Part shown: positions 39,866 through 51,967 of the stretch, piece by piece
How the letters are laid out: each line of letters begins with the position of its first letter
Position numbering within the stretch: the first letter of the stretch is position 1
Notes under the pieces: generated by a model
The model's database searches: none
Told to the model about the DNA's origin: nothing
The model's input: only the letters and a program-made list of their open reading frames with translations
DNA from: Octopus vulgaris
Lineage: Eukaryota
Assembly: GCA_951406725.2 (NCBI GenBank)
Contig: OX597823.1
Span: 39,804,001-39,868,000, forward strand
Length of the DNA: 64,000 nt
Direction: 5' to 3'
Program-made: the position numbers and the translations under genes

Positions 39866-41366
39866 TCCTCTGGCTTAGATCCTATCAAAGCAACCAACCC
39901 ATGCCAGTATGGAAGGTGGATATTAAATAACGATGGTAAAGTACATAAATGGTGTACTTTGTTTCTGATTACCAAAATCACGAGAATGTCAAACTAAATG
40001 GCTGTAGTATTTTTTTAGTTGTTGCCTTTTATGTCCTGAGTTCAAATCCTACTGAGATCAATGCTACTTTTTATCCTTGCATGATCAATGAAATAAAGTA
40101 GCAATCAAGTACTGGATCGATTTAATAGCCTTATGAAGCATCCTAGATGTGAAAATAGTCATAATAGAAGTTGGGGTTAATCAATATTGCAATAATGATT
40201 GACATAATGCTTTGCCTGTGAGTGTTTAATTAATAATTCAGTGATATTATATTGTGATGTGGAAAAATAGTGTTCGTTTGCTTCTATATAATATGGTATA
40301 CATGTAGAATAGCGTCTATGAAAGACAAAGCCTTTTGCACAACTAGAAGACTCTGAGTAAACTTAAAATGGCATAGTACTTCTATAAACATTATACGGTA
40401 TATTGAGTAAAATGAAATATTGATTCATCTTCTGCCTCTCTCTGTCTCTCTGCCCCCCATCCTACCATTTACTTCACAGAAGAACAATTTTGGTTATTTT
40501 AGGATTTGCAAAATACATTATATTCATTTTTCTTTCCTTCTGGCTGTGTCAGAAATTTTCATTGCACTTTTGTGGCTTGGCCTTTCTCTGTGTCTTCCTT
40601 AAATGCCACTCTGTCAATTATGATGACAATGGTTCCAATTGATCTGATCAATAGAACAGCCTGTTTGTGAGATTAATGTGCAAGTGGCTGAGCACTCTTC
40701 AGACATGCATACCCTTAACAATAGTTCTATGGGAGAATCAGCATGACACAGAATGAAATACAGGTACTACCCATTTATGTCAGATGAAAGAACTGGATCA
40801 GCATGAAATAAAATGTCTTGCTCAATAACACAATGCTTCACCAGCAATTGATCTCAAAATCTTACAATCGTTAGTTGAATACCCTAACCACTAAGCCATG
40901 CACCATCTCTCCTTTACCTATATGCACACTAATGGAAATCATTATCATCATTGTTTAATGTCTTCCATCCATGCTGGCATTTGACAGGAGCTGACCAGGT
41001 GGAAGACTACCCTGGGCTACTGTGTCTGTTTTGGCATATCCTTCCTAACCAATCACCTCACAGAGTGGATTGAGTGATTTTTACATGGCACCAGCAGAGG
41101 CAAGGTTAGTTTTGGCATGGTTTTTTACAACTGATGCTCTTCCAAATACCAACCACTTCACAGTGTGGACTGGATGCTTTTTACATGGCACCAGCACTGG
41201 CAGGGTCACCAAGTAATTTGCAAGACAAGGAATTGTGAAAGGTGAGGGGGCATTGGTGGAAGTGATCTTGTGTCAGATGATGAAATGTTAGGTGTAACAG
41301 AGAGAGAGAGGCAGAAACAGGTGTCTTGCTATAGAGGAAATACCTGGCCAGAGAGAAAGAGAAAAT

Positions 41367-41490
41367 TATTTGGTTGAGGAAAATGTTTGTGCACCATGTT
41401 AAGCATTATTTTAACACAGCATTTTTTAAAAATAATGCCCTGTTAAAATAATGCTTAACTTGGTGCACTAACTTTTTCCTCACCCTAATA
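41367..41490. mobile_element. Mariner-type palindromic MITE (MADE-like)
   Basis: TATTTGGTTGAGGAAAATGTTTGTGCACCA.GTTAAGCATTATTTTAACA pairs with ...TGTTAAAATAATGCTTAACTTGGTGCACTAACTTTTTCCTCACCCTAATA. TA at both ends. Confidence 0.75.
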
Positions 41491-42231
41491 TTATATTTAC
41501 TTATTTGCTAAATATGTTTCCAGTTCTGATTCGAGTGCAAAACCAATGTTTCCAACAGCTGAATGATTCTCTGAGGTTTTTCTTCAATCTGAATTCTAAA
41601 CACACTCCTTGTATAGTGTGATTAGTTTTGTTTGTAACCTTAAGTCTGCTAAAGGTATATCATCATCACCATCATTGTTTAACATCCACTTTTCCATACT
41701 TGCTTAGGTGAGATGGAATTTGCTGAGTAGATTTTCTACCTCACACACACTATAGTGTGTGTGAGGTTGGATGGTTTGACATGGAGCTGTCCAGGCTCCA
41801 GCTGTCTGTTGTATGGTTTCTATGGCTAGTTGCCCTTCTTAATGCCAACCACTTAACAAAGTTTTGCTGGGTGCTTTTTTACCTATCACCAGCACGAGTG
41901 CGTTAATACGGTACCAGCACAGGTGCTTTTTATGTGGTTCTAGCACCTGAAAGGACAAGCCTATATGTGTGGAAGGCAGTGATTTTACTTAGCTTGACAC
42001 ATTCTGTCAAGTATAGCAAATCACCATATTTCCCGGCCCCTTGTCATTCCCTCAGTGAGGTCCAGCATCTGAAGATCCTTTCTCACCTCTTTGTCTCATG
42101 TCTTCCTGGGTCTACCCGCTCCACAATCATAGCTCAGCACTACTTTATGCATCAATATTCTGTCTCTCTTTCTCTCTCTCTCACATACACACATGCACAT
42201 TTATGCTCATCTTTCGATTTTGATGCTTGTA

Positions 42232-42473
42232 CCGGTGGCACGTAAAAAGCACCAACTGATCGTGGCCACTGCCAGCCTCCCCTGGCTCCTGTGCCGGTGG
42301 TATGTTAAAAGCACCCACTACACACATGGAGTGGTGTGCATTAGGAAGGGCATCCAGCTGTAGAAACACTGCCAAATCAGACTGGAGCCTGGTGCAGCCA
42401 CCTGGCTTCCCAGACCCGGTCGAACTGTCCAACCCATGCTAGCATGGAAAACGGATGCTAAACGATGATGATG
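42232..42473 (+). mobile_element. Family C element
   Basis: GGTGGCACGTAAAAAGCACC repeats plus the (GAT)n-ending tail. Confidence 0.8.
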
Positions 42474-43904
42474 AATACGACAAAATAAATGAAACAAGCT
42501 GCACTGATTGAAATTGACATGTAAACAAATTGTTAATTTACCAAAAGTTATCACAGTTGATAATAAAGACACTAATTGTAAAATGCAGTTGGGTTATTAT
42601 TTGTAATGTTTTGTGATTTAAAAAAAAAAATTATTAAATCGGATATTTTCAATGACAGAAGATAGGAAGACATGAAAAACACAAACCCTTTTAGTTACAC
42701 CCATTCTCATCCCTTATAGATATACACATCAGCTGTACACATTCCACATTGGTACACATGCAGCTAGGCACACAGCACATAAGTGCACACACACACACAA
42801 CTATATACATATCACATAGAGGCATACATAGTTATACAAGCTCCACATAGGTACATGCACACATACACACAGCTTATACAGTTCAGATAAGTATAGACAC
42901 ATACAGACACACACGCATTGATATACCACCCAGGTACAAACGCAAACCTGCTTATACACATAGGTACTCACATGCACACAGCTTTACATATATCACATGA
43001 ATATGTTCACATACACACCACTTAGTTACACATAAACACACAAGGACAATTCCTTTTTATTTTCAGTCAATACAGTATAGTTTGTTTCTTTCACAAGTGT
43101 ATTTTGAGATATTTGCCTGTTATTTCTAGCATCTCCAGCGACCACATAGAGGACACCCTTGTTAATATACAATCCACAGTGAATAGCGATGATTTAATTA
43201 ATTATTAATTAGTGTAAGAGTGTGACAAGATTTTATGATAAATTAGAACCAGTTACAAATGCATAATTTATTTAGACAATAAAAGTAATTTCTGAAAGTG
43301 CTATTATTTCATCACCTGTGTAGGTCTGTAATACACAAACACATGTTTTATGTACCTGGAGATGAACCACTTGACTATAGTTTTGGTGTATTACACACCT
43401 GCACAGGTATGTAACTATACTGAACCACCTCCAGGTATATACTGAGAGTATGACACACCTATATAGGTGTGTAAAAATACTAAAATTGTAATCAGTAATG
43501 TTTACTTCAGGTATATACTAGGTGTGTTGGTGTATTACATACCTTTACATTGACATAGTATTACACATGGTGTATTATAGTTTGGCCTTTTGGTATAATT
43601 TTGTATTGTCATAGGTCTTGATTTTGTTTTTATATGTTTATTATAATTTATAAGGATTATATTATTAAATGATGTTTAATGTAAATTTGAAGATGTTCAG
43701 TATATTTATTTATACAAGGGATGAAAGTGTAGCCAAATGTCTACTAAGTATGTACTAAGTATTACACACCTAGTACATAGACAAGATGCACTTGGTTACA
43801 GTTTCTGTGTATGACACACCTATGGAGGTGTGTAATACCTGTTATAGCCACACTTGATTATAGTTTAGTAAAGATATATGTATGTATAAATATTCACACA
43901 TATT

Positions 43905-44300
43905 ATCTTTTATCTTTTGTGTCTTACTTGTTTCAGTCATTAGACTGCAGCCATTCCAGGGCACCACCTCAAAGGGTTTTAGTTGAACAAATCGACCCCA
44001 GGACTTATTTTTTAAAATCTGATACTTATTCTTTCATTTTCTTGATGCCAAACCACTGTTATGAGGATGTAAACACACCAACACTGGTTGTCAAGCAGTG
44101 ATGGGAGACAAACACAGGCACAATGAGACATACACTCACACATGACAGGCTTCTTTCAGTTTCCATCTACAAAATCCACTCAAGGCTTTGGTCAGCCTGA
44201 GGCTATAGTAGAAGGCACTTTCCAAAGGTGCCACACAGTAGGACTGAACCTGGAACCATGTGGTTGGGAGGCAAGTTTCTTACCACACAGGCATGCTTGT
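43905..44300 (-). mobile_element. SINE family A
   Basis: Same layout as 59751-60208. Confidence 0.8.
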
Positions 44301-46927
44301 ACAGACTTGTTAAATAAGCTTAGAGCTACAAGAATTGGTGTAGAGAGGCAATATAGGTGTTCCAGTAGAAAAGAACCAGAAATTACCTAGTGCACAAGAA
44401 AACAGTAATTTTTTTTAATGTGTATATTTTAAGGTTTATAGATTACGAATCTGCAAAATGAATGAATTAACATCCTACATCCTTCTTAGTTCTGGAAGTG
44501 ACTGAGCCTTGTTTACTTCTTATTAAGACTTTATGTTTTTAATTGAATGAAGAAATTTTTTGAAAGTGATTTGTGGTCCCTCAAATTTTGGTATCTCAGG
44601 AGATCACCTATGTTGTTTAGTGTGCAATACCATCCTTGAATTAATGACTTGTAGAGGCACCGTATTTTGGTATGCAACCATAATATATTACAAATTATAT
44701 TACATCCTCTATAAGTCAATACTGTTTTTTACTGTGCTAATGCTATTAAACATTGTAACAAATCAATGCTGGCTATAATTTCTATAGAAAATCTTTAGAG
44801 ATAACCTTAACCCTAAATTATTTATGGTTAGGTAGACTGGGCCAATAACATTCTCAAAGATGCAAAATGTGGACTTCATTTGGAACACTGGTTTCTTATT
44901 TACTAAACATCATTGAAGATGCTGCTCTGATTGTGAAACCCAAGTTTGTTTGGTAATTCATTGTGACATATTGGCCACATCACCACTAATTTCACTGATA
45001 ATTTATTTAACAGGACATTTCTAAAAATATCTTGGTTTCCATAAAGAATGCAGTTGTAGTAAAAAGCGTTTTAGCAAAGTATTATTGAATGAAAATAAAC
45101 TAGAGTTAGTTTGCAAGAAAGTTCTTTTGGTGGTAATTTGCGAGTAAAGCAAACTTAATTTGAAAGGATTAATTTCATTGGTTGAAAAATATACTGGTTT
45201 TTGGCTGAAAATTATTCCAAAAGATTGTTTCTGGACGCTTCTAGAAATTTCCAATCAATGTTTTAAAAACTACAGTTTTTCCATGTTTTTTAGTGATATT
45301 TACGCTGTCACTCACAACCTCTCCTGTCGCATAGTGTTAAAATGTCTCTGATACTAATGTAATCAACACGGCATTATTCTCTTTTATGACTTTAAATCAT
45401 TTATCTAAACTTTTTTCCTTAGAATACTTTGATGAACTAGTTAAGGAATTTTATTCTTGTCATCTCTTCATGACAAGTCATCTTTACATTATTTACATTA
45501 TCTTTAGGAAAAAAACTTGAAAATGTTTTTCATTACATTTCCTTGGCTTAATCTTTAAGAGTGAACATTGGGAGATTGCTCTTGATATATATTTTGCAAT
45601 TGTAATTATTTATCTCTATAAAATAAAAAGAAGTATTAATCAAAATAATGCGACTCTGATCTTTTTCTTTCGGTAATGCTTGTTCTATTAACTACTTCAA
45701 TTTGCAAGAGAAAGCCATAAAAGAAAAAGATTTATACATCACATACAACATGTCTATACAACATATTCAATTTGTTTTCAATTAAAACCTTGTGGAGCTG
45801 TTTTACCAAGACCTATTATTATCTGCTTAAATTAACTGATCTTCATAGTTGAACTGTTGACCCCTAGATAACTAGAACAGTGGAACTGACAACCAGAACT
45901 CATCTATCCAGTTCAGTTAAGCAGTCAAAAATTAATTAGTCCACCAAAAACCACAATTTCTTCAGATGTCAATGTTTTAAGCATTGTAGATTATGATTCT
46001 GCAAAAAAAAAAAAATCCTTTTGTATAATTCTTCAGTTTTGACTTTGAGAAACTTTTTTCAAATTTACCTCTTTTGAAGTGAATGAAGCATTTGAAGTGA
46101 ATGGTTCTTCAAAAATATTCAGAACATAAATCCTGAAAAGTTTTTGAAAGAAGATTTTGAAACTGAAAAATTACAGAAAATGTAATTCACTGCATTATAT
46201 CAATAAGAAACACACACACTGGTTGTATTTCACTTCCTTTATTATTATTATATTTGTCAACTAGTTAACTATTAAGAGTAGTTAGAATGTCACTGGAAGA
46301 ATCACAAGATGGATCCTCCAAACCAAGCCAACCATCAGGAGACCTAGAGGTAGACAACAGAGAGAGAGAGGATTGGATAATATCCGTTGTCTCAGTTGCT
46401 CATGCTTGAGAGTCCAATCAGAAAGTTTAATGACTTTTGCTTCTAATAGGACCCTATGGAGGAGGTGCCTGAAGACTCTCTTCCTATGACCCTCCCAGGA
46501 ATATTGAGCAGGGAAGACTGATGGATAGATAGTTAACCAATTAACTAATCAATTATTTGATTGCTTGACTGAAAAATTAATCAAGCAATTGATTAGTTAA
46601 GTGATTAAATGATTAACTAGTTGACTAATAATAATAAAATGATATAAAACTAATGAATATGTTTATTATTGGCATTTTGACCCTACCAAGATACAACACA
46701 GTGTTTCAACTCACAATTTCACATGAAATATCTTGCAAATTAATACAAAACAGTTTCCTTCATTTGCATTTTATATTCTCCAGAGGAAGGTATGAATGTC
46801 ACTAGTGGTTTAAATGCACTATTCTCCAATATCCAAGTGGCTAAGAAGTGTCATCAGAAGGGCACCCAGGGCTCATGACTTGGATGTGATCTGGCCCCTC
46901 TTAGAGTATAAGAAGTCAAAGGCTTAA

Positions 46928-47148
46928 CCCTTTTGTTACTGTATTTATTTTGAGATGCTCTGTGTTTCTTTCAATTAATTTTAAATATAACAAAGAATTT
47001 AGTAAAGTAACTTAGTTATCATTCAGCTAGTGTTAGGAACATAAATTGTGACTAAGGTTTGCTGGGAAATTTTAATTCAAAACTTATGAAAACAAGACAT
47101 TTGTACTCAGAGCCAGAGCTGGCTTCAGCCGGGTTGGTAATGAAAGGG
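46928..47148. mobile_element. piggyBac-type MITE
   Basis: TTAA|CCCTTTTGTTAC ... GTAATGAAAGGG|TTAA. Confidence 0.8.
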
Positions 47149-47711
47149 TTAAACACTTTCCTGTGTGGGGTTTCTTCTCTGAAAACCTTCTGCTGTTCAG
47201 CTCGCTTGGGAGTTTCTTACTACTAGTCTTATTTTGTCTTCCTTGTAAATCTTTCCATCTAAGGGGTCAGTAATTGTTTCTAACAGAGATACAATACCAC
47301 AAATTCGTGAAGGTGGGATAGAAGTTGATGAAATCAACCCAGTATATGACTGGTTCTTTACTTTTGTCAATCCTGAAGAATAAAGCAGACCAAGATTTGA
47401 ACTCAGAACGTTAAAGGGCAAACCAAATGCCACAAGATATTTTGTCCAACACTCTAATGGTTCTGCCAGTTCACCTCTTTGTATCTAAGAAGTCACTAAT
47501 GATTGAAGAATGTATGAAACCCCAAAATATGTTTCCAAGAATTCTTGGAAAATATGGGGAAAAGTTTGTTTTTAATTTTTCTGCTATTTTAAATAAGTAA
47601 AAGAGAAAAAAAAAATTGCAAAACAAAACCTTCGGTTATTTTTTCTTAATTCCTTATTATTTTTTTCTTTTTTTTTTCTTTTGTAGATGTTGAAGAAACC
47701 ACAGAAAGAAA

Positions 47712-47787
47712 ATGAATATTTATTTTGACAGACTTGTTCTGTGTCTTGTAATGTGTCTCTTCGATTTTCAGCCAAGGGTGTTTGCAG
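47712..47787 (+). CDS. Coding exon 1 (signal peptide) of an EGF-FN3 single-pass membrane protein
   Basis: Strong acceptor (poly-Y)TTGTAG at 47686. MNIYFDRLVLCLVMCLFDFQPRVFA followed by a phase-1 donor GCAG|GTAGCT that joins 49941 in frame. Confidence 0.8.
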
Positions 47788-48217
47788 GTAGCTATTCTTT
47801 TTATTATTTTTGCAGTTTGTGTACAGTGATTATGCTGGAGCATCACTCTAAAGGAATTTGAGAATGGTACTCCACTACCCAAAGAATCGTTTCTGCAGTA
47901 ACAATCAGATGAACCACAACTGACTTACCTCAGTTATATTAAATAATTGATCTACCTGTTGACTTTCACATAACCTGCTAGAAATAGCAGTCAAACATTC
48001 TCCAGATATCATTGTGTCATATAATTAATAAATAATATATTGGAGAGCAGGACCCTCATATACAAGCAGGAAGGATGGCCATAGTTCTATTAAGTCATAG
48101 TCAGCCTGGAGCTAAGCAACAACAGCCACTTAGAAGATATAATGTGCTGAATAAAACTATAGTTTGTATACATTTGCATTGAGACTATAAGTTGCTATAT
48201 ATAAATATATATATAGT

Positions 48218-48407
48218 GCAGGTGGCACGTAAAAAGCACCCGCTACACTCACGGAGTGGTTGGCATTAGGAAGGGCATCCAGCCGTAGAAACACTGCCAG
48301 ATCTGACTGGGCTTGATGAAGCCTTCCGGCTTCACAGACCCCAGTTGAACCGTCCAACCCATGCTAGCATGGAAAACGGACGCTAAATGATGATGATGAT
48401 GATGATG

Positions 48408-48408
<1 letters not shown>
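48218..48408 (+). mobile_element. Family C element (intronic)
   Basis: Conserved tail ending in (GAT)n. Confidence 0.85.
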
Positions 48409-48454
<46 letters not shown>

Positions 48455-48464
48455 TACATACATA

Positions 48465-48748
48465 TAGGGTCATCCCATAAATAATGCGTTCTTTTTTCAA
48501 TTGCATAAACTAAAAGTTGGAGGGATACAGGATAAACTACCTGCATCAACTTGCTATAAAAGCAGGTAGTATTTTAACCTTGTACTTATTCTTAGTGCAA
48601 GTTTGGAAGAGTGCAGTTTGATTTTAACAGTTATTTTTTCGAAGCTATAATGAAAAATGACAAAGGAGCATATTTGGCATATTTTGCTTTATGAGTTCAA
48701 AAAAGGCAACAACACAATGTAAAGTGCAAGGAATATTAATGAAGTATA
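48465..48748 (+). mobile_element. 5' fragment of a mariner transposon
   Basis: TA|GGGTCATCCCATAAATAATGCG end, then MTKEHIWHILLYEFKKGNN...SARNINEVY, the mariner N-terminal HTH. Confidence 0.75.
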
Positions 48749-48779
48749 TATATATATGTAACCTCTTAATGTGGAGAAG

Positions 48780-49145
48780 TAGCTATATCTGTTGAGTTTT
48801 TAACTTGCTATATATCTGTGTTGAATGTACAGCTTAACATATATGCATTTGTATTAAAACTATAGCTTGCTTTATATCTGTTTTGAATGTATAGCTTGAA
48901 ATATATACATCTGTATTAAAATTGTAGCTTGCTATATATCTGCATTGATTGTATAATATGCTATATATATATATATACATCTGTAGTAAAACTATAGTTT
49001 GTTATACATCTGTATTAAATGTGTAGCTTAAAATATATATATATATATATATACATCTGTATTAAAAGTATAGTTTGCTACATATCTGTATTGAAAGCAT
49101 GTATATGCATCTGTACTGAAAATTTGCTTGCTACATATGTAAACT
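48780..49145. repeat. AT-rich minisatellite (~28-32 bp unit)
   Basis: About a dozen degenerate ATCTGTATTAAAA.TATAGCTTGCTATAT units. Confidence 0.8.
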
Positions 49146-49249
49146 GAAATTGTACCATATAGATTTGTGTACTACATAGATTTTTAATTGAAGTTTTTAT
49201 GTCAACATTCTCAGCAGCTTTGACCTAAAAGAAAATCCTAACAAAATTA

Positions 49250-49540
49250 TCATCATCATCATCGTTTAACGTCCGCTTTCCATGCTTGTATGGGTTGGAC
49301 GATTTGACTGAGGTCTGGCGAACCAGATGGCTGCACCAGGCTCCAATCTGATCTGGCAGAGTTTCTACAGCTGGATGCCCTTCTTGACGCCAACCACTCC
49401 GAGAGTGTAGTGGGTGCTTTTACATGCCACCAGCATGAGGGCCATTCAGGCTGTACTGGGAATGGCCACGCTCAAATGGTGTTTTTTACGTGCCACCTGC
49501 ACAGGAGCCAGTCCAGTGGCACTGGCAATGACCTTGCACA
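49250..49540 (-). mobile_element. Family C element, inverted relative to 48218
   Basis: (CAT)n-CGTTTAACGTCCGCTTTCCATGC... Confidence 0.85.
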
Positions 49541-49624
49541 CATTTTTTTTTGTTTTATGTTGTCAGTAGTTTGTATTAGAAAATATATAACTTAACCATA
49601 TTTCCATCCATCCATTTTCTCTGC

Positions 49625-49850
49625 TCACTTTTTCTGAGAGGGTTGTTGGGATATTAGAGTAAGGCACCTCCTCCATAGGGAGTGTGACCAATTGAGACTG
49701 TGGATATTATCCAGCCATCTCAGTTTTTGTATACCCCTAGGTCTCCTGTCAGTTGACTGAAATTGAAGAATCCGTCTTGTGATTCTTTCATGTGCCATTC
49801 TAATCACATGTCCCTAGTACTGGAACTGTAACCACTTAATGTGGAGAAGT
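49625..49850 (-). mobile_element. RTE LINE 3' ORF fragment
   Basis: GHVIRMAHERITRRIL....RRPRG..KLRWLDNI. Confidence 0.65.
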
Positions 49851-49940
49851 AGTCATATTTAACTATTAAAATATTTAACTATAGATATCCTTCTTATTGA
49901 ACAGATGTTTGTTTTCAAAAACTTTCGTTTCTCTCTTCAG

Positions 49941-50845
49941 AAAATTTAACGTTTTATGAAACTGCCCTTACTGATGACCCTTGTGAAAATTTCCATTGTG
50001 AAAACAGAGGTCAATGTCAGACAGTTTTGTCGGAAGTGAATGACCAAGTCATCAAACATGCAGAATGCATCTGCCATGACCGTTGGATTGGACCTCACTG
50101 TGAGTCCCTGTTAGTTCTAACTCCCAGAAGAATCACCGAATACAGCGTTGAGCTTCGGATAACATTACAGAACTCTAACCTATCGGAATGGCAATACGAT
50201 CCATACTTGAAATATACATTGCAATATTGGACCAATGAAAGCGACACATCATGTTATAAGATTCCTGGAATCACGAACCTCACTTATGAAATCTCAGATC
50301 TTATATCTGGTGTCTATTATAATTTCTGTGCTCGGACTAATATCGTGGATCAGTGTTTGACAGAAACTGTGGATCCCAATTCTTTAACTTCCAATTGCAT
50401 TGGTATTGTTACGGATATGGCAAATGGCCATAAACAAGATGAAGTTGAAACCGGTCCTCCTGTTCTTCCAATAGTTATTTGCACTGTTTTAGTTGCACTC
50501 TGCATCATAGCTGTTTTGGTCGTTTTCAAATGTAATGGCAACTTACCAAATTATCGATGTTCTAGAATAAAATGCTGTAAGAAATGGTCACGTCAATCGG
50601 CTTATGATCTTTTTGTCCTCCCAGACAACACGTGTACAGCTGTTAGTAACCAAACTCCCCTCATTGTGAACCAAGGACAGCACCAAACTCAATCTTTGGC
50701 TATATTAATGGACTCTTCCAATTCCACCCAACCAGCAACACATTCCTCTTTTCCTTTACCACCTGACTTTGATACCACTGAACGAAACTTAGAGAAAACA
50801 GAATCACTGATCCCACAACAAAATGAACCTCATTCTTCAGAATAA
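49941..50845 (+). CDS. Coding exon 2 (last): EGF-like domain, fibronectin type III domain, TM helix and cytoplasmic tail; spliced protein 326 aa, vasorin C-terminus-like architecture without LRRs
   Basis: Acceptor TTCTCTCTTCAG at 49940. CENFHCENRGQC...ECICHDRWIGPHC (EGF); YTLQYW...YEISDLISGVYYNFC (FN3); VLPIVICTVLVALCIIAVLVVF (TM). Clean 300-codon frame. ATTAAA at 50931. Confidence 0.9.
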
Positions 50846-51717
50846 GATGAAAAAAAAAACTCATTTCATAATTTTCAAAAGAATCATTTATTTCACCATT
50901 TCATGACATTGGCTCCATCTTAACTTATTTATTAAAGGTTTTTATTTATTTTTAAAATTTTGTTTTCATGTCCCCACCACTACCACCACCACCACCACCA
51001 CTAATACATATAATCATTCACACATCCAAACCCCTTACGACTGTTCAGTGTATATATTCAATGCAAAAAAGAAAAACCATTATAGGTTTACAGTTGGTTA
51101 ATATTGATAATCTTTACACACACACACACACATGTATGTATAAAAGTGGTGCACTAACAGAATCATTAGCATTCCAGACAAAAATGCCATTTTGTCTGTC
51201 TTTATGTTCTGAGTTTGAATTCCACAAGGGTTCATTTACCTTTCATGCTTTCAGGATCAATGTAATCAGCTTACTCCTTTGAAATTGCTGGCCTTGTGTC
51301 AAAATTTGAAATACACACACACACACATCATGAAAGAAGACAATATAAAAAGGATGAGTTTTAGCAAATGCATTAGCTTAATGCTTAAAAAGAAATAAAA
51401 GAATCTGGACGTTTTGGATGCTAGTCATTCACCGGGAGAAATATACAAAAAAAGAATAAAGTATAAGAGGAGGATAAAAGAGACAATGGAAGTGGAAGAA
51501 AAAATACACAAAAGGAATTGAGGATGTTTGGGCTGAGATACGAATGCAATTCTTATTGGATGTGGGTAAAATGGGAGGAGAGCTAGGGATGTGAGCAAGT
51601 ATTGGGGTGTATTTATGTATTGAAATAGGTATAAAGGGGGAGGGTTGTGTATGTGTATTCATGCTGTGTGCAAGGAAGGTGCAGGAGTGAGGAGATGGCA
51701 AAAGGAGTATAGTAGAA

Positions 51718-51771
<54 letters not shown>

Positions 51772-51784
51772 GAGTGTAGTAGAA

Positions 51785-51820
<36 letters not shown>

Positions 51821-51967
51821 CTGGAGTAAACACATAAATGTGAAACAAGGTGGAAAAAAGAGTACTCAAATACCAGAGGTAGAGTAATATGCTTTATTTA
51901 AAAGCAGCAGAAATTCAACAAAACCTGTTACTTGGAGTTTCCCGTTCCCATTCGTTGGACAGTTTTT
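51821..51967 (-). mobile_element. Short element in (TA)n with a degenerate hammerhead; same family as 59521-59721
   Basis: Minus CTGT-CCAACGA-ATG-GGAA-CGG-GAAA-CTCCAAG-TA-ACAG. Colinear with 59521-59655. Confidence 0.65.

Noticed and set aside
50027-50029. ORF-track start for the 272 aa protein
   Set aside because: It is a TTG codon in the middle of the EGF domain. The frame is open back to the acceptor at 49941.
49980-50105. Canonical EGFR ligand (EGF/TGF-alpha/Spitz type)
   Set aside because: Cys spacing is CX4C rather than CX7C, the conserved pre-terminal Arg is missing, and an FN3 domain separates it from the membrane.
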